Shown piece by piece: positions 12,054 to 23,086 of a stretch of DNA of 64,000 nucleotides; the stretch's first letter is position 1; every line of letters starts with the position of its first letter. The notes under the pieces are model-generated. The model saw only the letters and a program-made list of their open reading frames with translations, did no database searches and had not been told where the DNA came from. This DNA comes from Blepharisma stoltei ATCC 30299. Lineage: Eukaryota; Protista; Ciliophora. Where the stretch lies: the NCBI GenBank assembly GCA_965603825.1, contig CBFDEM010000011.1, forward strand, positions 1,054,001-1,118,000, read 5' to 3'. The translations under genes were made by a program, and so were the position numbers.

Positions 12054-12092
12054 TTATTAATCTTTTATAGCTAGACAATTTAATGTAATTAT

Positions 12093-12317
12093 CTAGTATC
12101 CTATTTTCTTAAGTAAATATAAATTTAATTCAGATTGAGCGTCCTTGCAGAATGCCCTACTTTGATTAAAGTAAAGCATGCTATGAAGTCAGCGTGCTGC
12201 TTTTTGCAGTGTTGTGTGATAATTTTCCATCAGATTAAGATAGATTTGAGTAAGTATAGTAAAGCCTGTAAGAAGGGCCGGAATCAGCATTTTTGCAATC
12301 GAATAGCTCCATTCCAT
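12093..12317 (-). CDS. Possible small 74-aa protein with N-terminal hydrophobic segment
   Basis: MEWSYSIAKMLIPALLTGFTILTQIYL... with one TGA=W, ending TAG; GC is elevated relative to flanks; no family recognised. Confidence 0.3.
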
Positions 12318-13152
12318 TTTATTAGTTCATTTTTTTTTAAGTTTTAATTGATATTTAAATGCAGTTTTAATGATTATTGTTAGAAAATTTGAGTAAAATT
12401 ATTGGAAGTTGAGTTTATATAGATACTTAATTTTATTATTAAATATATCGCATTCTGCAGAATTATTCCACCCTTTAATCTATCCAATGATGCCAGGCAA
12501 TCCGTAAATCATATTCTTTTTATGGCCTGCGGACATTCCTAGGCAGTGGTCTTGACAAATATGAATCTCATAATCAAATAGCTTTTCTGAATTTATAAAA
12601 AAAATAAAGAATGATCTATAATAATTTTTATTATGTTTATTTTAGAAATATAAAAATTAAAGAGAATGATAATAAAATGTAAAAATCAAAGAGAAATTTA
12701 AGTAAATTATTATTTTAAAATGATTCTTTATTTATAAAAGTGAGATTCTACCATTTTGTGCATTTAAATATATTAGCTGGTATAAATTTAACTCAGTCAA
12801 TTCAAGTAAAATAAAGAGTCCTTATTTAAATACCTATAAATTAAAAATTTTTGTGCGGTAAAATTAATTAGACTTTTTAAGCTGAATATTTTACATCACA
12901 AACTCGAAATAAAAAATAATCAGATTGTTTTGAAGCTGAAAAAAATTATTTAATTATGAAAATTCTATTATTATATTTCATAAATTTCTTTAAAGCTTTA
13001 TTAAGTTAATTTTATTTTTTGAAATTCCAGTCTATATCCGCTCTCTTTTTACAACTTTTCGAATTAAAACATATTTTTTTTATAATCCTTAAGATTATTA
13101 AATATTACTTACTAAATTTATGGCTATTCCTAAAATCCTTACATAATTAATT

Positions 13153-14343
13153 ATGTCTCTTTATAAAACCTTTTCACAATCATGCAAAGCCAGCCCACAG
13201 GCTACTCCAGATAACCCAATTTACCACCAAAACCAATCTCCAATAAATTTGACAATCAGCCCATCATCAATAACTCTCCCCAAGCATAAAAAAAATGCGC
13301 ATTCTACAACCTCCCCATACGAAATTCCACTTTTAATAAAGAAAAACAAGCCTAAAACACGTACAAAAATAAACTCAGATTTCAGTAAAAGTTTTGCATT
13401 TTCAAAGCTAAGCAGTTCTTCCCATTCTTTAAATGCAAGTTTTATTATGACTCCAGACCCTTTTCCTAATAATCAAAGAGGGGATTCAACTGATTCTACC
13501 TTATCATCTATTGACAAAAATAGAGAAATTTTAGCTTTAGAGTACAGATTATTTGAAAAAATAAATAATAACAGCCCAATTTCCTATGGAAAATTTCAGG
13601 CCTATCAAGATGTATGAGATGAGTTACTACTTATTTCAAACCCATTAACCAAAATTTTAGTTAGCATAAAAAAAGGCTATGAGGAATGAATAGAATACCA
13701 AGCCAAAGAGCTAAAAATTAAAGCTGATTTATTAAAGTCACACTCAGAAGATTTAGAACAAGAAAAACTTTCAGTTAAATTACTCACAAAAAGGTTTAAA
13801 AAACTTGCAAGCGAAAATTTAAATTTAAATACAGCATTAAAAGACAAGGACATTACTATTGAAGAATTAAACGTACAAATTGATATGCTGATGAGGAGCA
13901 ACAGAAAAATCAAAAGTAAATTAAAAAAAAGTACTGAAAATTTTAAAAAAGAAATGGACAAAAATAGAGAAGAAAGAGACAAAGTTGAGCAGAAAATTAA
14001 AGAATTGTCTGAGAACTTGCAGTTTTATAAGAATTTGTTGAAGAGTATGAAACCTGAAACTATATGTGTAGAGGAGGGTTGTGATAATAAAATTTCAAGG
14101 AAATTTTCAAGCCAGTCTATGATATCAAATGCCGATTCTTTGAATCGGCCTTTGACAACAAGTTTTTCAATAGAAACATTGAATGATATTGATAGAATGG
14201 GTTCTGATTTAATATACAGCCCTACTCTAAACAACAGTCCAGACAGAAAAGATTTTGATACATGTGTTTCGGGCGATACCTCATTCCGAGAGCAAAATCT
14301 ATGAGAAAATTCTAGATACCAATTTCTCTATAAAAGAGATTAG
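13153..14343 (+). CDS. Coiled-coil protein with TSNAXIP1-N-like domain (~396 aa)
   Basis: Single frame via TGA at 13615, 13687 and 14302 to TAG 14343. FQAYQDVWDELL...LTKILVSIKKGYE resembles the translin-associated factor X-interacting N domain. Confidence 0.7.
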
Positions 14344-14393
14344 CAATGTAAACTATTCTTATAATTTAAAATTTAACCAAAAAATTAATAAAA

Positions 14394-15221
14394 ATGCGCA
14401 GGTGCTTTTCATTCCTAGCTAATGCACCATGGGTATTCAAAAACTCATCTGCCCCCAGCATACTCAGAGAAATGGACCCAAAATTCAAGCAAGTAGTCGA
14501 AGAAAATCTCACTGAAGGCTTTACCTTTGCTTTTAGATCTATATGTGAAGCCTTATCTAATCATGATAAATCTATACTCTCAGAGTGCTTAGAAGGTAGG
14601 TTATTTGAAACGGTCAGTTCTCGTATAGATGCCTTGGAAAATTCAGGACACCAGTTCAAGCTTCTTGACACTGAAAATTTTGATTTAAAAGAATATAATT
14701 TGTGTATATCCATGGGAGTTGAAATAGAAAGAAAAAACAATAAACCGAAAGAGGATTACGTAAAAATAGCTAGTTTAGAAGAGATTAAACCTATGGCGTC
14801 TCTTGGTTCTATTAAAGAAGAAATAGGAAAAGCAGGTCTCCCATGGAGTGACGATTTATGAAAAAATAACATGGACTATATTTGGGTGTACATAAGCCCT
14901 TCAGCCCCAGCAAATATAATATTTTCGATAGACGCTGTTTTTTATGGCCAAAACCCTTTAACTTTGATTCATAATTCAAAAGACGTTGTGTATAATGATA
15001 ACAGAGAAAATGAAATACATGTCTTGAAATTCGAGTCTTGTGCTATAAATAAAGGCTTACAAAAAAATATTCTTTTTACAGGAGGGTTTCAGGGTTTAAT
15101 TGAGCCTTTGAAAAGATTAGGATCAGAATTACTTAAACAGTCATGGGTTGTAGTTGACATAGACAATATTATGGGAGGAAATCCTTATGTCATCTCAAAA
15201 AACAGTAAAAAATTATCATAA
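14394..15221 (+). CDS. Putative mitochondrial Tim44-like domain protein (~275 aa)
   Basis: Two ORFs are in frame across TGA 14859-14861. MRRCFSFL is presequence-like, and AFRSICEALSNHDKSILSECL is Tim44/MRPL45-like (function tentative). Confidence 0.55.
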
Positions 15222-15235
15222 TTTCTAAAGGTTAT

Positions 15236-16759
15236 CTAAAAATCATTAAATTGTTCTTGATTTTGCATGACCATTCTTAGCCTGTGTTCAGGGACAACTG
15301 AATTAATAGCCTCTTCACTTGTAAACTCAGTATCGAAATTTTCTGCGCTTAATACATTGGTGATTCTCGGTGTAAATGGAGTTGGTAATTTTTTCTGAAG
15401 TAATAAATCCCAATTAATTGATGCAAAAAAGGCATGATTTTTAATATCATCGAAACTTCTAGCTCCAAGCCTCCTTGTCGGATCTCTATCAAGCAGTCTT
15501 GTAATGATATCTTGGGCTGGCTGAGATAAAGGAGTTCTTTGAGGGAATCTTAGATCCCCATGCTGGATAAGTTCGTACATTAACTGGACGTTTTGGTTAT
15601 AAAAAGGTGGGATCCCGACCATCATTTCATAAAGTAATACACCAAAACTCCACCAATCTGCTGTTCCATTGTGTCCTTGGCAAGCAATTACTTCTGGGGC
15701 TAAATATTCAGGAGTTCCCACAAAGCTCTGAGTTGATCCTCCTTCAGGTAAAAATTTCGCCATACCAAAATCAGTTAAATAGACATTTCCAAACTCATCC
15801 ATAATTATATTTTCTGGCTTTAAATCTCTATACACTATATTCTGCTCATGTAAATGAGCTAGCCCTAACCCGATTTGGGCGCCATAAAATCTTGCGCGGT
15901 CTTCACTGAATTTTCTGGCTTCTTTTAGATGGAAAAATAGTTCTCCTCCTTTCATAAATTCCATCACAAAATAAATCTTCGCAGGGTTTGTAAACGCGTA
16001 TTCTAGCCTGACTAAAAACGGGTGATTAATATGCTCTAAAATTAATTTTTCTGTCCTTGTATGTTCAACTTGTTCTCTTTCTAATAAAGCATCTTTTCTT
16101 AAGCTTTTCATGGCATATAATTTTTGGTTATCTTTTTTCTGCACAAGCATCACTTTTCCAAAACTTCCTCTGCCAAGGACTTTTAAAATCGTAAAATCAT
16201 CAAGCGTCACACTTGTAGAGTTATCCTGTGCCGCAAAAATCGTCCTGCTTCTTTTTCCTCTCGTATCTTTGCTTTCTTCTTGCCCAATATTATTATTTCT
16301 AAAATTCACCGCATTTTCAGGTGCAGGGATTCTGCTGACTCCTTTTTTCTTGTCATTTTTTGTAGTAGTCAGATCTTTCAAGTTAATTTCATTTGTTTCC
16401 CACAGGTAAAGCGTCCTTCCTGTTATGTCCCTAAAAGCTTTGGACATGGTTTGTATGGCTTGGTCTTTTAGAGGTGAAGAAAAGCGATAGTCGTATTCTG
16501 TTGCACAATGCAGGATAAATTCGTCACCATTTCGGCTGCGAGTGATGCCGCTGAGGATTTCGTACTCCATTCGTCGTTGGAGCTTTTTGCCTTTTAAGTT
16601 TAAGATTCCAGCAGTTGTTAATGCTATTGTTCGCTCTTGGGCTTTGTTTCGCTTGTTGAATTTTATGACTTTGAAGCTCATTAGTAAGGTTTCGCCTGGC
16701 GAAATGTGCTTGGTGAAAGCTTTGTCGCCGCCTAAGGACATGTAGTCGTGTGACTCCAT
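15236..16759 (-). CDS. AGC Ser/Thr kinase (Akt/SGK-like core) with N-terminal PH-like/TH1 domain
   Basis: GRGSFG, YAMKSL, YRDLKPEN, DFG, GTPEYLAPE, AGC C-tail NFD and FNDF. Confidence 0.96.
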   Translation of the reverse strand: MESHDYMSLGGDKAFTKHISPGETLLMSFKVIKFNKRNKAQERTIALTTAGILNLKGKKLQRRMEYEILSGITRSRNGDEFILHCATEYDYRFSSPLKDQAIQTMSKAFRDITGRTLYLWETNEINLKDLTTTKNDKKKGVSRIPAPENAVNFRNNNIGQEESKDTRGKRSRTIFAAQDNSTSVTLDDFTILKVLGRGSFGKVMLVQKKDNQKLYAMKSLRKDALLEREQVEHTRTEKLILEHINHPFLVRLEYAFTNPAKIYFVMEFMKGGELFFHLKEARKFSEDRARFYGAQIGLGLAHLHEQNIVYRDLKPENIIMDEFGNVYLTDFGMAKFLPEGGSTQSFVGTPEYLAPEVIACQGHNGTADWWSFGVLLYEMMVGIPPFYNQNVQLMYELIQHGDLRFPQRTPLSQPAQDIITRLLDRDPTRRLGARSFDDIKNHAFFASINWDLLLQKKLPTPFTPRITNVLSAENFDTEFTSEEAINSVVPEHRLRMVMQNQEQFNDF

Positions 16760-17022
16760 TAGAAATAATAAGAATTATTACCACTTATTAAGAATAATAA
16801 AATCAGTTTCAGTAATGATATGAATAGATATTTATGATAATTTATGATAATTTATAAGGATTTTTTCAGTCATTTTTTGTGCAAAGATAATGATCTTAGA
16901 ATTATGGTAATTATAAAAATTAATTTAAATTTATTCCAATAATAAATGGCCTAGCTTCCAAAATTAAGGATATAGAGATATATAAAATTAAATAAAGGCA
17001 ATATTAATTAAAATTTTTACTG

Positions 17023-17949
17023 TTAATCATAACTTTTTTGTGATACAACTTTTACTGTATCTTTTACATGAATTTTTCCGTTATTAAGCTCTTGTGCTAA
17101 AATACCAAAATAAGCTCGCAGCCTCATGCTATGAATTCTTCTCAATGTATTTAAAGGGTCATTGTGTTTATTAAAATCAAGTGTTCGTGGGTTAATAATA
17201 CAAGCTTTTCCGACCTCACACATTTTCAATGTCCTAAGCTTGATCTCTCCTATTTTAAACTCGATTCACAAGTCTTCTTCAAACTCCAATACATTTTTCA
17301 CAATAATGTTTGGTCTGAATCCCATAAGGCTCACATCGTCTTCTCTAAACCCCGGAATTTCATTTAAAATTGCTTTAAAACTTGCTTCACCTACAATTAA
17401 TGCATTATCTTCTGCTAAATATAAAGCGTGTTTATCAAAATTTTCTTCAGTGTTTTTCTCATCGTCCCCAGTTTTCCATTTTTCACAGATTTTCATCAAC
17501 CTGTAATCTCTTTCAAAAACCATTTCCAGTCACCTATTAGCTTCCTCCCCTGCTTCTATTCCTTTTCCTTTGATATTAAACCCTTCAAAATCAAATTCTT
17601 TGCTATGATTGCAATGAAAATTTACTTTTAAATCAGGAAATCCTGCATAAGTTAATGTAATATTTGTGGGTTCTCCATCTAAGCCAAATTCAAACCTTGG
17701 CTGGAGTTTTATAAGCCGAGGATCATCTAGTTGGTCAATTATTGTTTTTTTTGGAGAAATTATAGCTCATTCCCCGTCTCTTTTCAGACCATTTTCCACA
17801 AACTCAGCTTCAAACAGATGTATGCCGGCACAGTGTCGTATTGGGTAATAAATGATATCAGCTACTTTTATTCCTTTAACTGGTTCTTCGTTGAAATAAT
17901 AGATAATCAGTCCAACCACAATTATAGATAGATAGAAGAATATTTCCAT
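17023..17949 (-). CDS. MOSC-domain (mARC-like) protein with N-terminal membrane anchor (~308 aa)
   Basis: One frame via TGAs (17767, 17266 and others). IYYPIRHCAG, GLKRDGEWAII, PRLIKLQP, FRPNIIV, FEEDLW and YFG motifs. Confidence 0.88.
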
Positions 17950-18015
17950 TGTTTATCGCGTTATGGAGATTCGTCACATTTTATTCGTAAATTTAATATA
18001 TTAAGAGGATTAGCT

Positions 18016-18888
18016 TTATATTGAGCATTGTCGTTGTAAAAACCCTTCCCAAGTGTTCAGACTTTTGATATCGTAGAATTTAAAGAGCTTGGTAGAATTC
18101 GTTAGAACTACTTCTAAGAGAAGATTTTCATAGTCTTTTATCTTGCAAGATACAATCTCGTCACTTATTGTTTTGTCGTCGCCTTCAGCTCGCCAGATTA
18201 TGTGCTTTTTCTTGAGGTCAAACCAAATGTTAAAGGCGAAAAATCTGTTGCTGCCTTTTTTCAGCTGCATTTGGACTTTGGTTTTCCAGGCGGTTTTGAT
18301 AGGAGATTTAGATCGTTGGGATTGAGAAGGAGGGTCTGGGCTTGGAGGCCTCAGTTTTGTTTTTTTTGAACTGTCTATCATAGCTAACTGCTTAGTTTTA
18401 GCTCTCCTAATTAGTAAAAGATAGCTGTCTACTATGCTGTCGATTTCTTTCTTTTGGTCGTCTGTTGCAGCTTGGATTATTCATTTGAAACTGCTTAATA
18501 AGGATATAAGAATTGGATAAAATAGAAAATTCAAGCAAGAATATAAAGCATATTGGGTTTTATCAATAATAGTTTCAATCCGATCGATATGATTTTGAAA
18601 TTTAAATAAAATTTTGATCGCTATTGATTTTTCTATTAGCAGAATTGAGATTAGAATGCTTTTTCATAGATAAAACCAAGGAATTCAGCTTTCAAAGAAG
18701 TAATCTAAAAGGTCTTTGTAGTAAAGTAGGCATGTGCAAGCCACCCATTCCAAAAGGACTTTTTTGCGGATATGGAGAAGGTCTTCACCTGCAGCTTTGA
18801 GGGCTTTAAATGATAAATACCCAAATCTCGCATAAATTATGTAACTAAGTAAAAATTACATGATAATCTCGGAATAGATGAGTACCAT
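18016..18888 (-). CDS. TB2/DP1/HVA22 (REEP-like) domain + C-terminal PH-like region (~285 aa); intron 18845-18859
   Basis: Frame extends upstream of 18381 through three TGA=W. GYLSFKALK...LEWV...DYFFESWIPWFYLWK matches the HVA22/REEP pattern. Confidence 0.75.
18845..18859 (-). other. 15-nt intron GTAATTTTTACTTAG
   Basis: GT..AG, A at position 10, removes in-frame TAA. Confidence 0.85.
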
Positions 18889-19380
18889 CTTAGATATAAT
18901 TTAATGTGGAATTGAAATCAATTTAAACGAAGCCCTTATTTAGACTTATAATTTTTTGCGTATTTTTTAGCTTCTAGTGTATTTTTATTAGTCATCTATT
19001 GACTAAAAATAAAAATTTCTAAAACTGTTATTTATTGTTTTATTGATTTTGTTCAAAGCTTTTATATTATGTGATTAAAGGAAGATATGCTATTCTTAAG
19101 AGTTAATTTTTTATAATTTATATTTCAATGCTATGCTTACTATGGTGAGGTCTAATAATAGTTAATTGCTCTTCAATACAATACTTATGGAAATTAACTA
19201 GCCTATTGCTATATTCTAGGTTCAGAAATTCTAAATATTTAATTATATTTAGCTATTTATTTATTTAAAGTCTAATTAAAATAATGCATTTTTTTAATAA
19301 ATTAATAGTTCTTATTTATGTTCTGCCATCTTTTTAATTTTTCGTTTATTTTTAAAATAATAATTTATTTAATTTAACAA

Positions 19381-21810
19381 ATGTGGCCATCTCCACAAAG
19401 CTCAAAATGTCAAGCCTTTTCACCTAAGATAAATTCTCGGCTTGTAGCGAGGCGTGAAACATCTTTATATACAGCTGATTCCTTTACAAAATCAAGAATT
19501 CATTCACGAGATTTATCTGAATTTTCAAATTCATTTGATATGACTTATTCAAATACTTCACATACCCCAACAAGTCGGCAAAACTACGATTTAATGTACC
19601 TGAAAGAATACAAACAAATTGAAGGAGAATTAGATAAAGACGAAATTGATATGAAAACTTACAATTTCTCTGATAAATATGACTATGAAAATGCAGCTAA
19701 AGAATTTAATGCTTATTTTCGCTTTTTAGAAAATCTTGGGTACTTAACAAAGAAAAAAGACCAGAGATTAAGTGCTAGTCTATTTAGAGGCTTATTAGGG
19801 GTCGAAAAAACATTTAAAAAATTAATTAGCCAAGAAAGCACACATATAAAGCCAGCTGTAATTGAGCCAAAGAAAAAGATAAAGTTAAAAGAAATCTCGA
19901 CGCAGACTCAGGAAATAATAATAGATGATACTATTGCGATGACTGAAGAAGAATTGGAAACTTTGAAAAAATTAAGAATGAAGCTTGAAAAAATTAAATT
20001 TTCCAAAATAAGTCTTAGACTTTGTGATTTATATGACTCTCTTATAAAAATAAACACAGAAATCCCTGAACTATCATTTGAGCCTGAAACTGTTGAATTT
20101 GAGAGCTTAAATATCATAAGAGATTTAGAAACCAACGTCAAACAGTTCCAATCAGGAATTAAAAATCGGCTTTCTCAGTTATGAGCAAAAAAAGTCTTTG
20201 ACATAGAGTGTCAAACTGAATTTATTGAGCAGACTTCTCAAGCAATTATTCCTGACAATAAATATGAAGACCTAGAAATTCAAATCGGGCATCTTCGACA
20301 AAGATATGATAGGGTTGTTCATGATAAATCTAAACTTGAAGAAGAATTTCATAGGAACAATTTAATCTGCCAAGACATTGCTAAACGTTATAATGATTTA
20401 GAAAAAGAAAGCTTCACCTATGAAGAGAAAAAAAAATATTTAGAAGACGCAATAAAATTATTAAGGCAAAAAATTACAGACCTCTCAGAAAATTTAAATA
20501 GAAAAAGAAAGAAAAAAATTATCATTAAGAAAAAAATAGAGGACCTTAATGTAATTTTGACTGGAAAAAGGACGAGGCTTAATCATCTGCTTAATGATAT
20601 TTACCAAATTAAAATCCATTGGAGAGTTTCTCAAGAAAAGTTACACCAAATTATGGAAGCGTGAGAAAAAACGACTGGGGTACCATTTGATTTTAATGTA
20701 AATATAGATCAAATTATTGAGAAGTACAATATAAAGAAAAGTGACTCAGAAGCAAGTATCCACTTGTCAGATGACGATGAGGTAGAAAAAATAGGCCCAC
20801 AAAAAGAAGTAAAATCCATTAAAAAAAATAAAAAAATATCATCACCTGAGTCTTCTGGATTATCTCAAGAAGAAAGTATCAGCAGTGAAGAAAACAAAAA
20901 TTCTGCTGAAATCCCTGAGAAAATTGGAAAATCTCGTCGAATACAAAGGAGAACCAGAAAATTCGCCCAAACTCAGCCTGAAAAATTAGCTTCTCGGCAA
21001 AACACAAATGAGTCAACCAGACATTCTGAAGAAAAAAAAATAATAAAAAAGCCATCAAAAATATTTTCAACACCAACTTCAAAAGAAGGAAATTTAAATG
21101 CAGATTCTAACAAATTAGCTACACCCCATCATGAAAATAATTTAAATACTAGCAAATTATTATCTAAAAGAATTATAAGAGAAGAAAGTGCAGAAATTTG
21201 CCAAAATACTCCAAGCACTTTTGAAAATACTAATAGCCGGCTCATAGAAAGCCCTGAAGATTTATTTATTTCTTCTTTAAATGAAAATCAGCTTCAATTA
21301 TATTTAAAGTTAAAAGAGCAATTAGAAAATGACGCTTTGTATAAAAAACAACAGAAGTTATTGCATAATTCAAAATGGACTCAATATACCTGCGAATTTA
21401 CAACTTTATACACCCCAAGAAGCCGCTCCAAAAGTCGCTCTATTTCACGACCCAAGAGGCCTTATACAAGAGCTGAAGGTGACACCTTGTTTGTCGGAAA
21501 CCCCAAAGTACTTATCCATAAACCTGCCATTCTAGATAACTTCAATATAGAATACCAAGGAAACTTAGACCCAGCAAAAGCTAAAAAATTAAGAGGGATA
21601 GGCATGCTTATCAGCATATTTAAAGGTGACCCAGATTTTGAATTTTTATCACCTAATATTAAGAAAGAGATGATTAAATGCTTAGATGGACACGATGATA
21701 AAAGGTGTAGTGAAGAGTGCATTCATTTAAAAAGAGTTTTACAAGTAAGGGCAAGGTCACGAGGAGTCCCTTATCCGATAAAAACTTCATCAATTGATGC
21801 TGATTTATAA
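19381..21810 (+). CDS. Large coiled-coil hypothetical protein (~809 aa) with C-terminal H-x4-C-x3-C-x-H motif
   Basis: Continuous frame through TGA 20182 and 20662; ends TAA. Confidence 0.8.
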
Positions 21811-22280
21811 TAGTACCTATAGGTATAATACATTTAAATTTAATAATTGCGAAATATAAAAAACTGCAGAATAAGGTAGGAGCTACTTAGATATTGGTTA
21901 TTAGAGAATGCTAAGCGTAATCAGATATCATTTATTTCCTATGCAGCCATATATAAAACTTATGATATGAGCTTATATCAATAAAAATAAGGCAAATATT
22001 TTAATTTATCTAAGAAGTACTTTTATATTTGTTCAGATTTGCTTAGCCCTATTAACTTTTTATGATTTTTCAAAAACTGTATCAATCCAAATTATTATGC
22101 AGAATTATTTTTTATCGTAATATTTTAAGTATCATGTCTTATGAGCTTATCCTTACTATTATACTAGTTAGCTAAAAATTAAGATATAACACCTAAATTT
22201 AGGAGAAATTAAATAAATATGAAAATTTAAGGAAGCACAGGCAGTAATAAACAGAATTAACGAAATTTATAAATAATTCA

Positions 22281-22655
22281 TTATATATCTTGCATATACT
22301 CATCACGAAGCCTGGCAGGAAGTGAAATAAAATCTGGGAAATATTTGCTGTTTTTTGCGCATATTCCTTTGCTCAATTCATTCATATAACTTTCTAACCC
22401 AACTTTTCTTTCCTCAATGTCTTCAGAACTAACTTTACGAAACAAAGTCTTAAACAGCATTTGGCCAGGGAAATGAGGAAGTGGCTGGTTGATAGAAATT
22501 CTAATTAATTTCATCACCCTATGAAGTTCTAAGAACTCTGAATAGCGTTTTTCAAGGACAACTTGCCAATCCTTATACTTAACCTCAAATTGGTATATGA
22601 AATGCTTATCGGATTTGTCACTTGCTTCTCTTATGGATAGGAATTTGAATTCCAT
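22281..22655 (-). CDS. Stand-alone PX domain protein (124 aa)
   Basis: VLEKRYSEFLELH, LPHFP, IEERKVGLESYM; first ATG in frame is at 22655. Confidence 0.9.
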   Translation of the reverse strand: MEFKFLSIREASDKSDKHFIYQFEVKYKDWQVVLEKRYSEFLELHRVMKLIRISINQPLPHFPGQMLFKTLFRKVSSEDIEERKVGLESYMNELSKGICAKNSKYFPDFISLPARLRDEYMQDI

Positions 22656-23086
22656 TGGTTTTTTTAATATTTTATAATAATCATGCAATTTTCACCTCGG
22701 AATTTATTGATAAATATTACGATAACTAAGGAAGCAAAGAATTAAAATTTTTTGGGCATTTAAGATAAAATTCCAATTTATACATGAATCTTAAAAACTT
22801 ATGAAAAAATAAAGTAATTTTTACAAAACTGTTTTATAAAGAAGAGCCATTTTTACTAAGCCCACTTCTGGAAACAAAAAGCATTACGTCACCAGAATAT
22901 AATGAAAGAGTTTAAAAAAAGTACTAATAAATTAAAGCACAAGTGTCCATCCTCATTCAAAATATCTTATAGTGCCTTGAAATTCCACACGTGGACTGCC
23001 CTCTCATCAAAATTTTAAATAATAAGCATTTTTTAATAAAAATGTTCAATTTTTGCTTATTAATTCTATCAAAAAATTATTATCAG

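Noticed and set aside
12487-12550. SECIS-like look (ATGA...AAA...stem)
   Set aside because: No 3' GA of the quartet, wrong stem length, and no adjacent selenoprotein gene
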